Assembly (NCBI GenBank): GCA_030248215.1
Contig: JASANG010001881.1
Span: 186,001 to 250,000 of the forward strand
Direction of reading: 5' to 3'
From: Enoplolaimus lenunculus
Lineage: Eukaryota
DNA length: 64,000 bases
Every line of letters starts with the position of its first letter. The stretch's first letter is position 1. Below, piece by piece: positions 1-13,300 of this stretch. A model generated the notes under the pieces. That model was not told where the DNA came from and did no database searches. It saw only the letters and a list, made by a program, of their open reading frames with translations. Position numbers and translations under genes: made by a program.

Positions 1-14
1 GTTTTGAATTTAAG

Positions 15-1251
15 GTTGGCTCAACCATTCAAAATTTGCCACGAAGTTCCGAAGTTAAAAGCATTGATGTTTGGGTGCTCGCGTGCATGGCGTTCATATT
101 TTGCTCATTGCTCGAGCTCGCTCTCATTGGATTTATAACCAAGAACGAACAGGTAAACGTAATTCATTGGCTGATGTTATTCCTTTGTCGGCGGAAAACC
201 TAACCAAATCAAAGCCTTAACACAGGCGTAAAGAATAAATTTACGAGCCAGTGGCCGGGTTTGTGAAACCCTACATAAGAATACAATTTAGGTACGTAAA
301 ACCATTTTGTCGGTTTATAAGCTTGGTTAAGTTACCTAAATACTTGTCACTGACTAAATTTGATATATTACAAATTAACCGCTCATGCATACAAACCTTG
401 GCTTAACTGAAATTGTACACTACTTAAGTAAAACTTAAGTGAATACTAGTAAGATTTTGGAGATCCAGCGAATATTTGATTTGTGGGACGTACCATTAAT
501 CTAAACCTATCCTGCTCTGTTACTATTCCGCCGGAAACCGTAAGACTAATTTCAGAAGCGTCATGCGTGGAATTCAAGGGCCCTACCAGCGAGGTCAAAA
601 TTTGTCTACTGGGCTGAAAACTTTTCTAGGAGGGAGCCTATCTGTACCCCCCCTTCTGGCTAAATGAGTTTATCTGCAATGAATGGAATTGAGTAAGACG
701 AAAACCCAATGCATGCTGTATGCAATGTTTTCTACACAGAATATAACCAGTTGCGTACTTTTGTCTCTAAATCAGTGGTGTTCTTCGTTGAATTTACCTG
801 CTGCCGTTTATCAAATTTGTCGTTGCTTTGGCCAATGCAAACAACAGGGGTGGAACAGTATTATAAGCATCTTCATAAGCCTAAACCTAAGCCTAAGCCT
901 AAGCGTAAGAATGAGCATATTCCTAAGCGCTAAGCCTAAGCGTAAGCGTAAGAATGAGTTTATTCCTAAGCCTTCGCCTAAGTCTAAGCCAAGCAAAACA
1001 TTAGTGTAAAGGTTAAGCTTACTCTATTGCAGTCCCACAGAAAAACGTTCCGCCTCTGATCTTTACATGGGTCGTTGCTTTTCTACTTATTTTAAGTTTA
1101 GGATGCCGCAATACAATGTGACTGCTCATGGCTGTGCATGAAATGTCCGCTGTGGACTGCGAAAAAACTGGACGAGCTTGCAATAATTGCGTTTCCGTGC
1201 TGTTTTGGTTTATTCAATATTTACTATTGGGGATTTTTGGTTCGCATTTAA
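15..1251 (+). CDS. 3' end of a Cys-loop ligand-gated ion channel subunit (anion-selective ACC/GABA/glycine-like); exons 15-152 and 1102-1251; the gene starts upstream of the window
   Basis: Exon 15-152 (tttaag| ... |gtaaac) translates VGSTIQNLPRSSEVKSIDVWVLACMAFIFCSLLELALIGFITKNEQ = M2-M3 loop (LPxxSxVKxID) plus M3. Exon 1102-1251 (gtttag|, phase 0) translates DAAIQCDCSWLCMKCPLWTAKKLDELAIIAFPCCFGLFNIYYWGFLVRI* = M4 with the typical D..x..FP...FNxxYW pattern. Neither frame is in the ORF track. Confidence 0.9.
253..470. mobile_element. MITE with GGCTGGGTTTCTGAAA-type TIRs
   Basis: Homologous to 60389-60670 (shared CTGACTAAATTTGATATATTACA.ATTAACCGCTCA core); short derivative at ~57435-57487. 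Confidence 0.7.
830..1073. mobile_element. TTAGGC-containing MITE, subfamily A (8-bp TSD, GG-terminal TIR; Merlin-like)
   Basis: TIRs GGCCAATGCAAACAACAGGGGTGGAAC / CGTTCCGCCTCTGATCTTTACATGGGTC; perfect 8-bp TSD gttgcttt (822-829, 1074-1081); internal GCCTAA repeats. Other subfamily A copies at ~1392-1634, 13828-13980, 14360-14513, 14897-15532, 26070-26234, 38112-38384, 50031-50205, 56692-56882, 56969-57215, 58111-58376. Confidence 0.9.
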
Positions 1252-2636
1252 CCAATCAGAAAATCACAGTTGAAAACAAAGTCAATATATTCTTTGAAAA
1301 AAATTTTTCGCTCGCGACTCGCGCTAGAAAAAATAGCCATTTTACGAATTGTAATGTTCGTGAGCAAAATTTGGAGCAAGATTGAAAATTGGGGCCATGT
1401 AAAGATCAGGGGCGGAGAGTTTTTCTGTGGGACTAGAATGGAGTAAGCTTAAGTTTTAGACTGTGTTTTGCTTGGCTTAGGCTTAGGAATAAACTCATTA
1501 TTACGCTTAGGATTAGGTTTTGGCTTAGACTTAGGTATAGGCTCATTCTTACGCTTAGGCTTTGGCTTAGACTTAGGATTTGGATTAGGAATATGCTTAT
1601 AATACTATTCCGCTTCTATTCTTTGCGATTGGCAGAAAATTTTTCCAATCTTTTAATCATAGCTTACGTTAGGAATTAGTATTCGAATTTAGCTTTTTAG
1701 GGAGATATTTCATGTCTTTATTCCTTGATCCATGCAGCAGAAAGGGATTTACGAGGACGTCTAAAATAGAAATTTCCGATTGTTTTTACAACATTTTTGT
1801 CCATAATTTTCATCTGAAATGTCGGCAAGCGTTCGTTTGTAAATCACTGTAAATTCCAGTGAGTTGATTAAACTCACAACGAGTTCAATTCACTCAGAAA
1901 TCTGAGCTGTAAGTTAAGTCTTTCAGAACTCAGAATTTTTAAATGATTGAACTCATCTTGAGTTAAAGTTATTCAACTCACCCGAAATTCAATCAGCTCA
2001 GAATAAGTTAATATTTACTGTTATTAACTCAGAAATAACTAATTCTCTTTAACTCATTGGAATTTACAGTGTATGTTTATGTTGTATACAGATGGTGTAT
2101 AACGACAATTTGCTGCGAGGGTCGAAACGCAACCGGTAATTCAAAAAATATGATTAGACTTTCAGGCTTACGATTTGTACTTATTATACTTAGGCTTACG
2201 CTTAGGAATATGACACTGTCGGTTGACAAGTTGTCAGGCGACTAATTGTCGTAGATTCAGTATATATTGTTTAGTGCGGATCGTTCTTTGAATCACTTAG
2301 GTTCTGGATGAGATTATTTGATTTAAACAATTAAGCATTTTACAGCTTTCCCGGCCTGCCATACCAAATGTTATTCGCTATCCTATGCCTTAATCTGATC
2401 AAACAGTATACGAGGGGGCGTAATTATAATGGCGGAAGAAAACTGACGATGGAAGCCAAATGATCTTGAATAGCGCGATGCTTACGCTCCCAAGGCTCAA
2501 AATATTTACCAATCTCATTAGTTTTGCCCAAAGCCAACCAGGACCCCGATCCTCAAGAAAGGCCAGTGTGTGGTAACCGCAGCAATGTCCTGGCTAATGC
2601 TCTGGCCGATTAAGAAATAATCATTTCTTTGTAAAA

Positions 2637-2703
2637 TAGGCTTAGGCTTAGGCTTATGCTTAGGCTTAGGCTTAGGCTTAGGCTTAGGCTTAGGCTTAGG
2701 CTT
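2637..2703 (+). repeat. Interstitial telomere-type array (TTAGGC)~11
   Basis: Nearly perfect TTAGGC run with one TTATGC variant; no GGCC(A/C)ATG TIRs seen flanking it. Confidence 0.9.
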
Positions 2704-3610
2704 GTTTCGTTGTGTATTTTTTTGAGTAAACGCGACATCTGTACGAGTGCAGTAAACGGGGTGGCCTATTGAGAAACATTACAATCAACTCAACTCAGAG
2801 AAAAGAATCAACTAAAAACTCATAGTAGACTTGTTGCGTATTCGAGCTTAAGTTGGCATTTTCACAATGGTATACCAGTCTGGCCATATGTAATCAGACT
2901 AAATTCTTCAGATCATTGGGTCGCTCAAATTTATCGTTCAGATGCACAGCTGAACTCCATATTGATTGCCAGTATCGTATCTGATTGTGTTTATATCTGA
3001 TTATAACAGTTGACTACAGAGTAAAGATGAAAATTTTCATAAAAGCGCCGACCATATTGTCATTTTTGAGAACAATGCGAATTTGTAAGTAACAAATTCA
3101 AGTATATGTAAAACGAAAATGCAATATTGAATGTGAAAAACATTGCCATGCAAAACAAAGGCGGTTCTATGGGGCTCAAACCACAAAACAGTTTTGGTTA
3201 ACATTTAGTACTAAAATTGTGTTTGGCTTCTTGCTGCTTTTGCTCAACAGTGATATCCTTTTTTTAGCCAAGATTGTAAAATACCATTGAAATGTTTTTC
3301 TCCGGATTTGTACTCCTAAAAATGAGCAAAACGTTTCATTTCAACAAAATGTGTTCTAATTTGCATATGTTGCTTGTTTTATTTCGTATGTCAAACATTC
3401 ACTCCACAACAGCTGAAACTTTGCCCAAAATACGTATGACATAAAAATACATCTTCATTTTGCTGTACCCAGCTTTTCGCCACGCTAGCTTTCTAAAGCT
3501 ACGGTAGGTTTCTGCAAGATAGTACATCCGTATTAACACCGGGTTCTAGTCTTCCGGCTCCTGGGTCTGCGACTTCGCAAGCTGTCGTAATCATCTGCCA
3601 AGTTTGACAG

Positions 3611-4232
3611 CAGGGGTGGATCAAGAGGGGGAATGAGGGGATGCACCCCCCACCAGCTGCCGAGTATAATTTTTTTCAGGGTTAAAATCGAACTTACAAT
3701 GCAAATTTTTGTTCCGATATCTCAAAATTTCACAGTTGTTTAGGGGCTTCGCCCCGAAACTCAGCACAAATATTCTCTATGTGCTCTGAAACGTTTTAAT
3801 ATCTGTCTGGCTTTTCGCTCGCTCTACTCGCGAGTTTGGGGGAAGTTCCCACCCCGGTCTACTCCGGCACTGCGCGCGAGCTTCTCAAGTGTGGGGGATA
3901 AAAAGTGCCAAATGGGCTACAGAAGGGCCGCCTCCCTGCATCCGTCTGCCTATTGGCCCTCTAGCCTACTGGCGTATGACCCGTGTTACTTCTAGTTTGG
4001 GAAATTGAAATATGAGAAATTACCCCGGAAATTAGGATTTTGGGAAATTGAGATTTTGGTAAATTGAGATTACTCAAGAAGTTGGGAAGGACCTGTTATT
4101 TTACATGGGCCAGTGTGTGTGACTTGTGGCTGTTTTCATATGCGTAAAAATATGTACGAACTGTGCCAAAACTAAACATTTTCCATTTGTGCATCCCTCT
4201 CACCAGAAATTTCTGGATCCAATCCGCCACTA
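3611..4232. mobile_element. hAT-like non-autonomous element (~620 bp)
   Basis: CAGGGGTGGATC ... ATCCGCCACTA ends; TSD tttgacag / tgtgacag (7/8); GC-rich interior. Confidence 0.75.
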
Positions 4233-4359
4233 TGTGACAGTAATGTTTTAAAATATCAAACTAAAATTAAATTATAATCGCTTTTTAGAATTTAGCAAAA
4301 AATTTTCAATTATACAACAAATTTTGTATATTTCAGCAAAAATTAGATTTTGTAGCTAT

Positions 4360-4374
4360 GTTACCATGGTAAAC
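4360..4374. promoter_or_regulatory. X-box-like (RFX/DAF-19) near-palindrome upstream of the alpha-tubulin
   Basis: GTTACCATGGTAAAC; one perfect half-site (GGTAAC on the minus strand) and one mismatch to the palindromic GTTACCATGGTAAC form; lies ~100 bp upstream of the candidate ATG at 4473. It also overlaps the alternative ATG|gt at 4366. Confidence 0.35.
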
Positions 4375-7300
4375 TATTGCAGTTGAGATGTCGTGGAAAC
4401 CGCCGATGGGACAACGAAATGTTTTGAATTACAAAAGATTTATACAAAATTTCAATTAAAGCACCTTTCGATATGCTTACAGTAAGTATTTGAATAAAAA
4501 AATATATTAATAATTTTCTGTAATTTGAAAACCATATCAACGATAACTAAACTCTGTGGTAACCCTGGAATATTAAAATGACTATAAATATTCAGTTTCA
4601 GTGTTACAAAATACCAGTTGAACCTTCAATTTGATAATCTTTACAGTTCAATTGTAAGCTTGTTTGTAAAGTAACTTTGTGTTATTTTCTGCTGTTTGGA
4701 TTTGCTGACAATTTAAACGCATTATTCACAGTGGTAAGAGAATTTTTTACATAATTTTTTAGTTAGTTTTGCTATAGTTTCTAGGCAAAGGTAAAATTTC
4801 CTAAAATAGACAATTTCAAAATCTGACGCTTGGATTAAAATTCAGAGTGCATTTTGTGTGTATTTTTAAAAATGTGATTTACTGATTTTAAAATAAAATG
4901 TGCCTCCTAAAATGCGAGTATAAGTTCGAAGTGACTTACACTATGGGTACAAAAATCTTTGTTTAATGTATAGAACAGGTCCGGAACAGTAGTATAAGCA
5001 TATTTCTAAGACTAAGCCTAAGCCTAAGAGTAAGAATGAGCTTATACCTAAGCTTAAGCTTAAGCCTAAGCCTTAGCAAAAAATTAGTCTAAAGCTTAAG
5101 CGTACTCTATTACAGTCACGCCGGACAACGTTCGAGTCCTTTTCTATACATGGGCCAAATCGTTTATTGCCAACTGTGTATGGCATCTGTTTTCAAACTC
5201 AACACCTTCGTAAAATATTAAGCTAATAAAATCTTTAAAATTTCAATCATTTTCTAACGCCATGTTTGATCATCGGACTATGATTTCTGCAAAACTTTTT
5301 AGTTTTCTTCGAAACCCGTCTAATTTCATTAATATATTTAATTTATCCTAAAATAATTTTTCAGGCACTGAATCGGTTGGGAACGTTTGAAACATGTCGC
5401 ATCGAGTAATGGAACAGTTGTTTGAAAACGCTAATATTAAACCCTCAACAAAGTCTAAAAATAAGCCTAAGCCAAAGCCTAAATCAATGTCCAAAGTCAA
5501 AGTTTAAGCCTGATTGTATAAACCTAAAGTGAAGCGTATTGCAAATCAAAACTTATGCTGGTAAAGTATAAATTAACATTGTTCAATATATACTTAATGG
5601 TTTCTTTAAACGATATTTGATTAAATATATAGCAGGATTTGGTATTCTTCAAAACTTGGGCTTAAGTCATTTAAGGACTCCTTTGTCTACGTTGATTCGT
5701 AAAAGAAATGCAATGCCGACATATAATTACAATAACTATAGGTTGTATTTAAATAAAAATTAATGAGAAGAAAAATTGAAAAAATATATCTACAAAGCTC
5801 TATTCACACGTGCCAGTTTTTGCAATGAGAACTTGCAGCTGCAATTTGCCCTTGCAAGTTTTGTCTAATATCCCGTTCGAAAAACTTGCAGCCCAAATAA
5901 TAATCATAGCTTGGAATTTAATTCATATGTGTGAATAACCATGTAAGTTCACCGAATTAATTGCAGCCGCTTTCTCATTGGCTGATGAAAAAGGCAAGTT
6001 CTGCATGCAATTTGCACCTGAAAGTTCTCGCAGCACAAACGTGTACATGTGAATGGGGATTTACTTGGGTTTTTTCTACTTTCAGCGAGAAATTATAAGC
6101 GTTCATCTCGGGCAGGCCGGAGTTCAAATTGGAAACGCATGTTGGGAATTGTACTGCTTGGAGCATGGAATTACTCCTGAAGGTATAATACAATTAATAA
6201 TTATAAAAATACATTATCAAATTAAAATCTAAATAATTTAAGCCTACGCTGTAAATTCCAATGAGTTGATTAATTAACTCAGAAGAAGAATTAGTCATTT
6301 CTCGTTATTTCTGAGTTGATAACAGTAAATAATAGCTCAGCCTAAGCGGATTTAATTTTGAATGAATTGATTAACTCAAAATGAGTTCAATCAATTCAGA
6401 ATTCTGAGTTCTGAAAGACCAAGTTCAAAGTTAAGGCTTTTGAGTGGATTCAACTCATTCTAAGTGAAAATCAACTCACTGGAATTTACAGTGTAAAAGT
6501 GTTGAAAAATCAGTCTAAATGTTTACATTGGTCTTGAAGCACTAGCGAATCCAGAGGGCGAACGGGGAGGTGCCGTACGCACCTCGTTTTAGAAAATTTT
6601 TGGTGACAAATTGCTAAAAGATTCTTATCTTACAATTTTCCACATCCGAAAATTGGCACATTATATCATATAATAAAAATTGCGTTTCATAACTTTTGCC
6701 AACCCTGTCATAAATTTCTGGTTTGAATGCTACTTTGAAACCTAATACTAAACTCTGTTATTGTTCAACAGCAAAAGTTGACGCTCCTAAGAAGTAATAT
6801 TTGCCAAATTATAGAAAAACTTCAAGCAAATTTGTTTTGCTTAAACGATTTATCGGCAGTATAAAGAATACCTGGTGAAAATTTGCATCAAATGGCGTAT
6901 CGAGGCGAATTTAAAGCTTTAAACCCTTTTTCGAATTTTGTCCCGTTGTTTTGAGAACTTTCCATGTTGATAACGCAAGAAACGCTTATTCTTGCGCTTA
7001 GGTTTACTGTGTAGTGACACAAATAAGAGGGGGATAATGAGAGGGGTCTCCATTTTGAGTCCCAATCAATCGGAGTCTGTATCCGTAATAAGAGTCCGTA
7101 AGCAGTCCCTAAGCCCTAATTAGAGTCCATAAATGTCAATTAACCCTAATTGTAGCGCATAAATGACTCCAGGACCAAATAATTTGAGTTCGAAACTTTA
7201 AATCGTACTTAAGTTTTGAAAGTACATTCCTAAGTATAACCTTGCATTATCGCTCAACCTATTTGATACAAGACAAATGAACGTTGAATTCAACGGATGA

Positions 7301-10300
7301 TTGCAGTACCGGATATATATGAGTAACGAAGGATGGCGGAGCGTGGATTAAAAATAAATAACAGTCCGTAACCGAATAACAAGGGGGGTACCCTCTGGAG
7401 AAGCCAAATAAATATCAGCCCCCTTCTATTCGGGTCACCACAGTAGGCTTAGGCTTAGGAATACGCTTATTCTAATGCTACCTCCCTGTTCAATACGCTG
7501 GTTCAAGTTTTTGTAAGACCGCTAACCCATTTTCCCAAATCCAGCCTATGATGCTGCATGCATTACATTAATTCTACACCAGTGCAATATCATGAAATTA
7601 TTGTTCACCGCCTTTGAAGTGTGAACAGGCATGAATATGTAAATTGCAGCTATAAAAACTTGTACGTGTGAATATGGCTTTCAATAGTTTAGGTATGATG
7701 CCGTCGGATGAGACCATTGGAGAAGAAACCGATGCGTTCAATACGTTTTTCTCGGAAACTTCATCTGGCAAACATGTGCCTCGCGCGTTGTTTGTTGACT
7801 TAGAACCAACACCAATAGGTAAACATTGTCAGTATTCTCAAATGTGTGTAGCACTTATGAATAAAATGATTTCTTTCCGCAACAAAACATTGCAAACCAA
7901 CGTCTCCATTCTTCCAAAATCTTGTGAGAGAAATTTTATTTTCAAGAAAATGGTAATCGACACATCGGGACACGAAAATATTAAGGTGGTTGATCTGTGG
8001 TGTCGTTATTTGGATGGTTGCCATCTAAACCTTAAGTCATTTTCAGTTTTGTATTTTATTATTAATTTTAAACTTTTTTGTTTTTAGACGATATTTTATA
8101 ATTAATTTTAAACTTTTTTGTTTTTTAGACGAAATTCGAACTGGAACTTATCGACAGCTGTTCCACCAAAGTTTCATGCTGAGTGGCAAAGAAGACGCGG
8201 CGAACAATTATGCACGGGGCCGGTATACGATTGGACGTGAAATTTTGGATCCGACTATGGAACGAATTCGAAGGTAAAAGCTTTCGATGGCACAAAAATA
8301 CGAGCAAAGTTTCGTTTTGAACACTGAATTAAAGTCGATCTGAGTTCATTTTATGCTAAAATTCGAACCATGGCAAACCGGTTCGGAAGGCGTTCACCGT
8401 CACCATTCAGCTATAGGAGCTTAACGCGTGAACTCGTGGAGGTTCTCACGTCTTGTGGAAATTTACTGCTACGCATAGTACGCGTTGCAATTTTTAAACA
8501 CACTGCATCAGCGTAAACATATTAAACTAAGCTGCTCATAGTCAAGTCTATGTGAGAAGGGGTTATAGATAGTAAACTAATATATATTTTTTTTGCTCAG
8601 CGTTTGGGCAACCACGCTTTAACATGCGTGATAACGGTTTAAAACCTGTGGGCGATTGAAAAAGGCCAAACAGGAGCGTCGATGCTGATTTGAAAACGAG
8701 AAAAATCCGCCATGCGCTCACCGGCGAAATATGAACCCATGTTACTTTTAGGGGCATTCACGTTTCTGATGGGTAAATAAATGAGTAGGTTTACATTCTA
8801 GATTACATTTAGGCTTAGGCTTAGGCTTAGGCTTAGTGTTAGGCTTAGGCTTATGCTTAGGAATACGTTTTTGCAACGGTTCGGTTTAGACTTAGGCTAA
8901 GGTAAGAATACGCTTAATCTATTGTTACGCCTCTAAAAATAAGTAGCTAAATGTCATTTTGGTAACAGAAAGTTGTCGTTTTTGACAGAACTAAAGATAC
9001 TAAAACGCTCGTTACCTTTGTATTTAAAACTTTCAAAGAGCTATTCTTCTGGGAATACAATTCACGAATGCAAATGTTCACCGGACTTTGTAAAGTTTAT
9101 AGAAAAAAAATAGCGGGTGTATAGATTTTTTCAAATTTTACATAAATTTCATTATTTTTATTTCATATCGAACAATTGCGGTATATTTGTAATGAAAAAT
9201 TGTAAGATATACGTGATTTATGACTAATTTTGAGGATAAAATAACTGAAATTCCGTTATGTCTATAGCAGAAACGGACACCGACTTTTACCGAAAACGAA
9301 TATTTGGTTATACCATGTAAACAATTACATTTTTCAGATTGGCCGATGCCGCTGGTGGACTGCAAGGATTTTTGGTTTTTCACAGTTTTGGAGGCGGAAC
9401 CGGAGCCGGATTTACGTCGTTGCTTTTGGAACATTTAGCAACTGATTATGATAAGGCAGCGCGGCTTGAATTTGCAATTTATCCTGCACCACAGGTAAGT
9501 GATTGTCACTAGGAAAATAATTAGAACACGGCGATTATATCGGGTTTACCCCTGAAGCTTGCGGTGGATTGATAAATACGGTATGACAATAATTCGTCGC
9601 TCGTCAACTCGTCGACTGACAACTTGTAATCTGAAATTTCATCGACTCGACAATTCATCGCCCACCTTCATTCTTTATTAGGCTTAGGCTTAGGCTTTGG
9701 TGTAGGTTTACGCTTTGGATTACGCTTATATTTATTCATAGGTATTATGACACGTTTAAGGCGACAAGTTGTCGGGTGACGAATTGTCGTATTGATTTGA
9801 TAAAAGCAGACACCTAAAACGGATAGTTCAAACTATCACTGATGGTTAATAGTCAGCACCTACGGCGAACTGCAGGATGTAGACAGTTACAATACCGGAA
9901 ACACAAACGGATTTCCGGAAGCGGAAACAGATTTCATTGGACACCCTGCCAAAACAAAATTCGATCATTGTCTGTGTACTTCATCGTAATATATTCGAAT
10001 CCATAAAGACCAATATTAGAATAAGTTCTTGGTTGGGACACATTGTTTCGGAAGCTTTTCGTTATTTGTAAGCTTAATAGCTTTCTGTCCGCTGAGTCAA
10101 AAGGCAAGGCCTGCAAATCATTTTCAGCTCCAATTAAAAACAGTGGTTCGTACGCTTTTAGGTACGCCAGAAGAAACAAAACTTAGTATGGCGCTGTATT
10201 TTATTAAAAATATTAATGTCATCAGGCCCCGTCCACCGCTGTCCATTACCGTATACTGCGCAGTTCGCTCACGATACCGCGAATGAACCGTATACCGTGG

Positions 10301-13300
10301 TGCAGAGGGTCCCGAACGGCTACGGACGGCGACGGACGGCACCGCCCAACTAAATATACCGGTACCTTTGTTGTGTTTCAGGTATCAACCGCTGTTGTTG
10401 AACCGTACAATTCAATACTAAACACGCACACAACGCTTGAATTTTCGGATGTCAGCTTTTTGATTGACAACGAAGCTGTGTTCGATATATGCCAGCAGTC
10501 ACTTGGAGTATCTCGGTAAATTCTTTTATTTTATAAGTTCGTTGTTGAAAATTAACAACCTGTTCTGTATGTCGTAGACCAATCTGCTATTCAGGCCAAT
10601 TTCTAATTGACTTACGCTAATTAGCAATTGTGAGCAACCAGCAATTTTGCCAAGGATAAGTCGCATTTATTGTATAAACTCTATGTATTGTGTATTATAT
10701 CGCATACACAGTCTATGCTAAGTTGCTGATAGTAATCGTTAGCAGAAAAAGGTTAAGATTAAAAAATAACCTTAATAGATTAAACTAATAAGGAAATTAA
10801 CTAAATTTGAGTAATGGTTATAATTTAGCAAATTATAAAATTATTACGGTTGCGCTATACTCGATGCGCGCCGTGACGCCGCCGGATGCCGCCAAGCGCG
10901 TTGCGTGACGTCGCCACGCGTCGCCGTGGGACGTCACCTTGCGTCGCCGTGCGCTGTCGCGCGGTCCGATAAAATTCTTTTATTAAAAATTTCCTCACGC
11001 CACCAAATAAATTTTGCCTATATTTTTGTAAGCAACGCACCGCGGCGTGCGGCGAATTGCGGCACAGTGAAGTATAGTGTAACCCTTAGTAAACTGAAAA
11101 ACTAATTTTTTAACCCCGGTGAAAAATTATAATATAGAATTTAGAGACCTTGAATTAAATCTATATATTAAAGCTAGAACGCCCCACATGGCAACTTTCC
11201 AGCTTTACTTTTTGTTTACAATAATTTCTTAAGAAATACACGTGATTGTTCTATAAAAAGAAAATTTGCAAGGGATTTTTTGTGCTTTCGCTAACTATTG
11301 CGCATTACGCAAAGCTGGCAGACTAGTTTCAATTATTTGTTATTTTACAGGCCGACATATACAAACATCAATCGTATTATTGCACAGTGCGTATCTTCGG
11401 TAACAGTTTCGCTTCGCTTTGAAGGCGCAATTAACGTTGATTTGACGGAATTTCAAACGAATTTAGTTCCGTATCCACGAATTCATTTCCCCATGGCAAC
11501 GTACGCTCCGTTCATCTCGGCTGATCGAGTAAAATTTGATTAATTCGTAATTTTAAGTCATTGATACTTTTACAACCCCTACGATTGACTGGCGACGAGT
11601 GCTACACCCGCTTCAGGGTCCATATTCTCAAATTATAGGAGCTATCATCAGTTAATAATAGGTTTTCAAACTCACTAACTATTGCAGTTGTTTAAATTAG
11701 AATTGGTAACAACAGTACCTAGAGTAGATAATATGCGAAAAATGTGGTGATTTTGGAACGTCAGCATTCACTGGTTCGAAAGTTACAAGACCTATCACCA
11801 ACTATTGATAAGTGCTACATGCTATTAATCCCTTCTCACATTGAGTTGCCTATAGGCAACTCATCGGAGTGTATATACGTTGAATAATATATATCGCACC
11901 GTGTTTAACAGTTGCAACACGTCACCACAAGACGTGAGAGCCCCCTCGGGCTCGAGCGTCAAGCTCCTACAGCTGAAGGTGATGGTATACGCCTCCCACT
12001 CCAATCACTGGAGTTCGAATCCTAGCATAAAAGTCGGTCTCAGGGAAAATAGAAAATATTCATGTGAGAAACGGTTAAAATTTAAGATGAAAGTACATTA
12101 AACAGAAAGTAATTTTATTTTGCTGTTAATTAAATATTAATTATTGTTACAGGCAAATCATACAGATATGACAATTGCTGATTTAACCAAAGCCTGTTTT
12201 GAACCGTCGAATCAAATGGTAAAATGCGATCCACGAACCGGAAAATATATGGCTGTTTCGTTGTTGTACCGGTATATTTTGAAGCATCATCAACATTTTA
12301 AGTCACATTGCTTGCGCTTAGCAGGTCATAAAGCATAATTTTTTAATATTTTTGACTTTCATGAAAATTTGTTGTGAAACTCACAGGAAACGTTCTATAT
12401 TTTAATATGTTTTCGTATATAAAAAATGGCCAATGGTACTTTTAGGGGAGTAACAGTAGATTAAGCGTATTCCTAAGCGTAAGCCTAAGCCTAACCGTTA
12501 CAAAAATGAGTTCCTAAGCGTAAGCCTAAGCAAAAAATGCAATCTAGAATCTAAACCTACTCTTTTATGGACCCATCAGGAACATGGACGCCCCTAAAAG
12601 TAACATGGGCCTAAAAAATAATATCTATTACTTTTTTACAATAGCATTTAATTTTAGTTCACATCCCCTGTGTTCTAAAAGTTTCCTTAGATCCATCAAA
12701 GTCTTAATCAAGCAGGTGGTTTCATTTGTTATGTTTTAAATTTGTTTCAGGGGTGACATCGTTCCAAAAGACGTCAACGCTGCAATTCAAAACATCAAAA
12801 CGAAACGAGCGATCCGGTTTGTCGATTGGTGTCCAACGGGATTCAAAGTCGGAATCAATTATCAACCGCCGACAACTGTTCCGGGTATGTGATATTTTTA
12901 AATTTGGAGGGGGGGGCGGTTGAAGCCGGAGAGATACAAGCGAGCTATATACTTTCTAAAAGGGTGCAAAAACATTATTTCTGTTCAAACTATGTTTTCT
13001 AAACATATTCCCGCATTTAAATCATCAATCACTAACAACCAGGGTGTAAACGGATAGTAAAAATAACGGAAACGGAGAGTAATCGAAACAACGCAACCGG
13101 AAACGGATATTAAAGTATATAAATTTCAGATGTTTTATTTTGCTGCCAACACATTGAAACATGCAACTGTTCACCGGGCTTTCTATAATTTTGAAGAAAA
13201 AATGGCGGATGCAGCGAAATTTTAACCCCCACACTGCCCTTACTGGGATTGTAGCTCCCCTGGCTAAATTTGTAGCTATACCACCCACGATATTACAATG

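Noticed and set aside
556..593. Possible extra channel exon after TTTCAG at 550-555
   Set aside because: Weak donor, phase incompatible with exon 1102, and it runs into repeat-like sequence.
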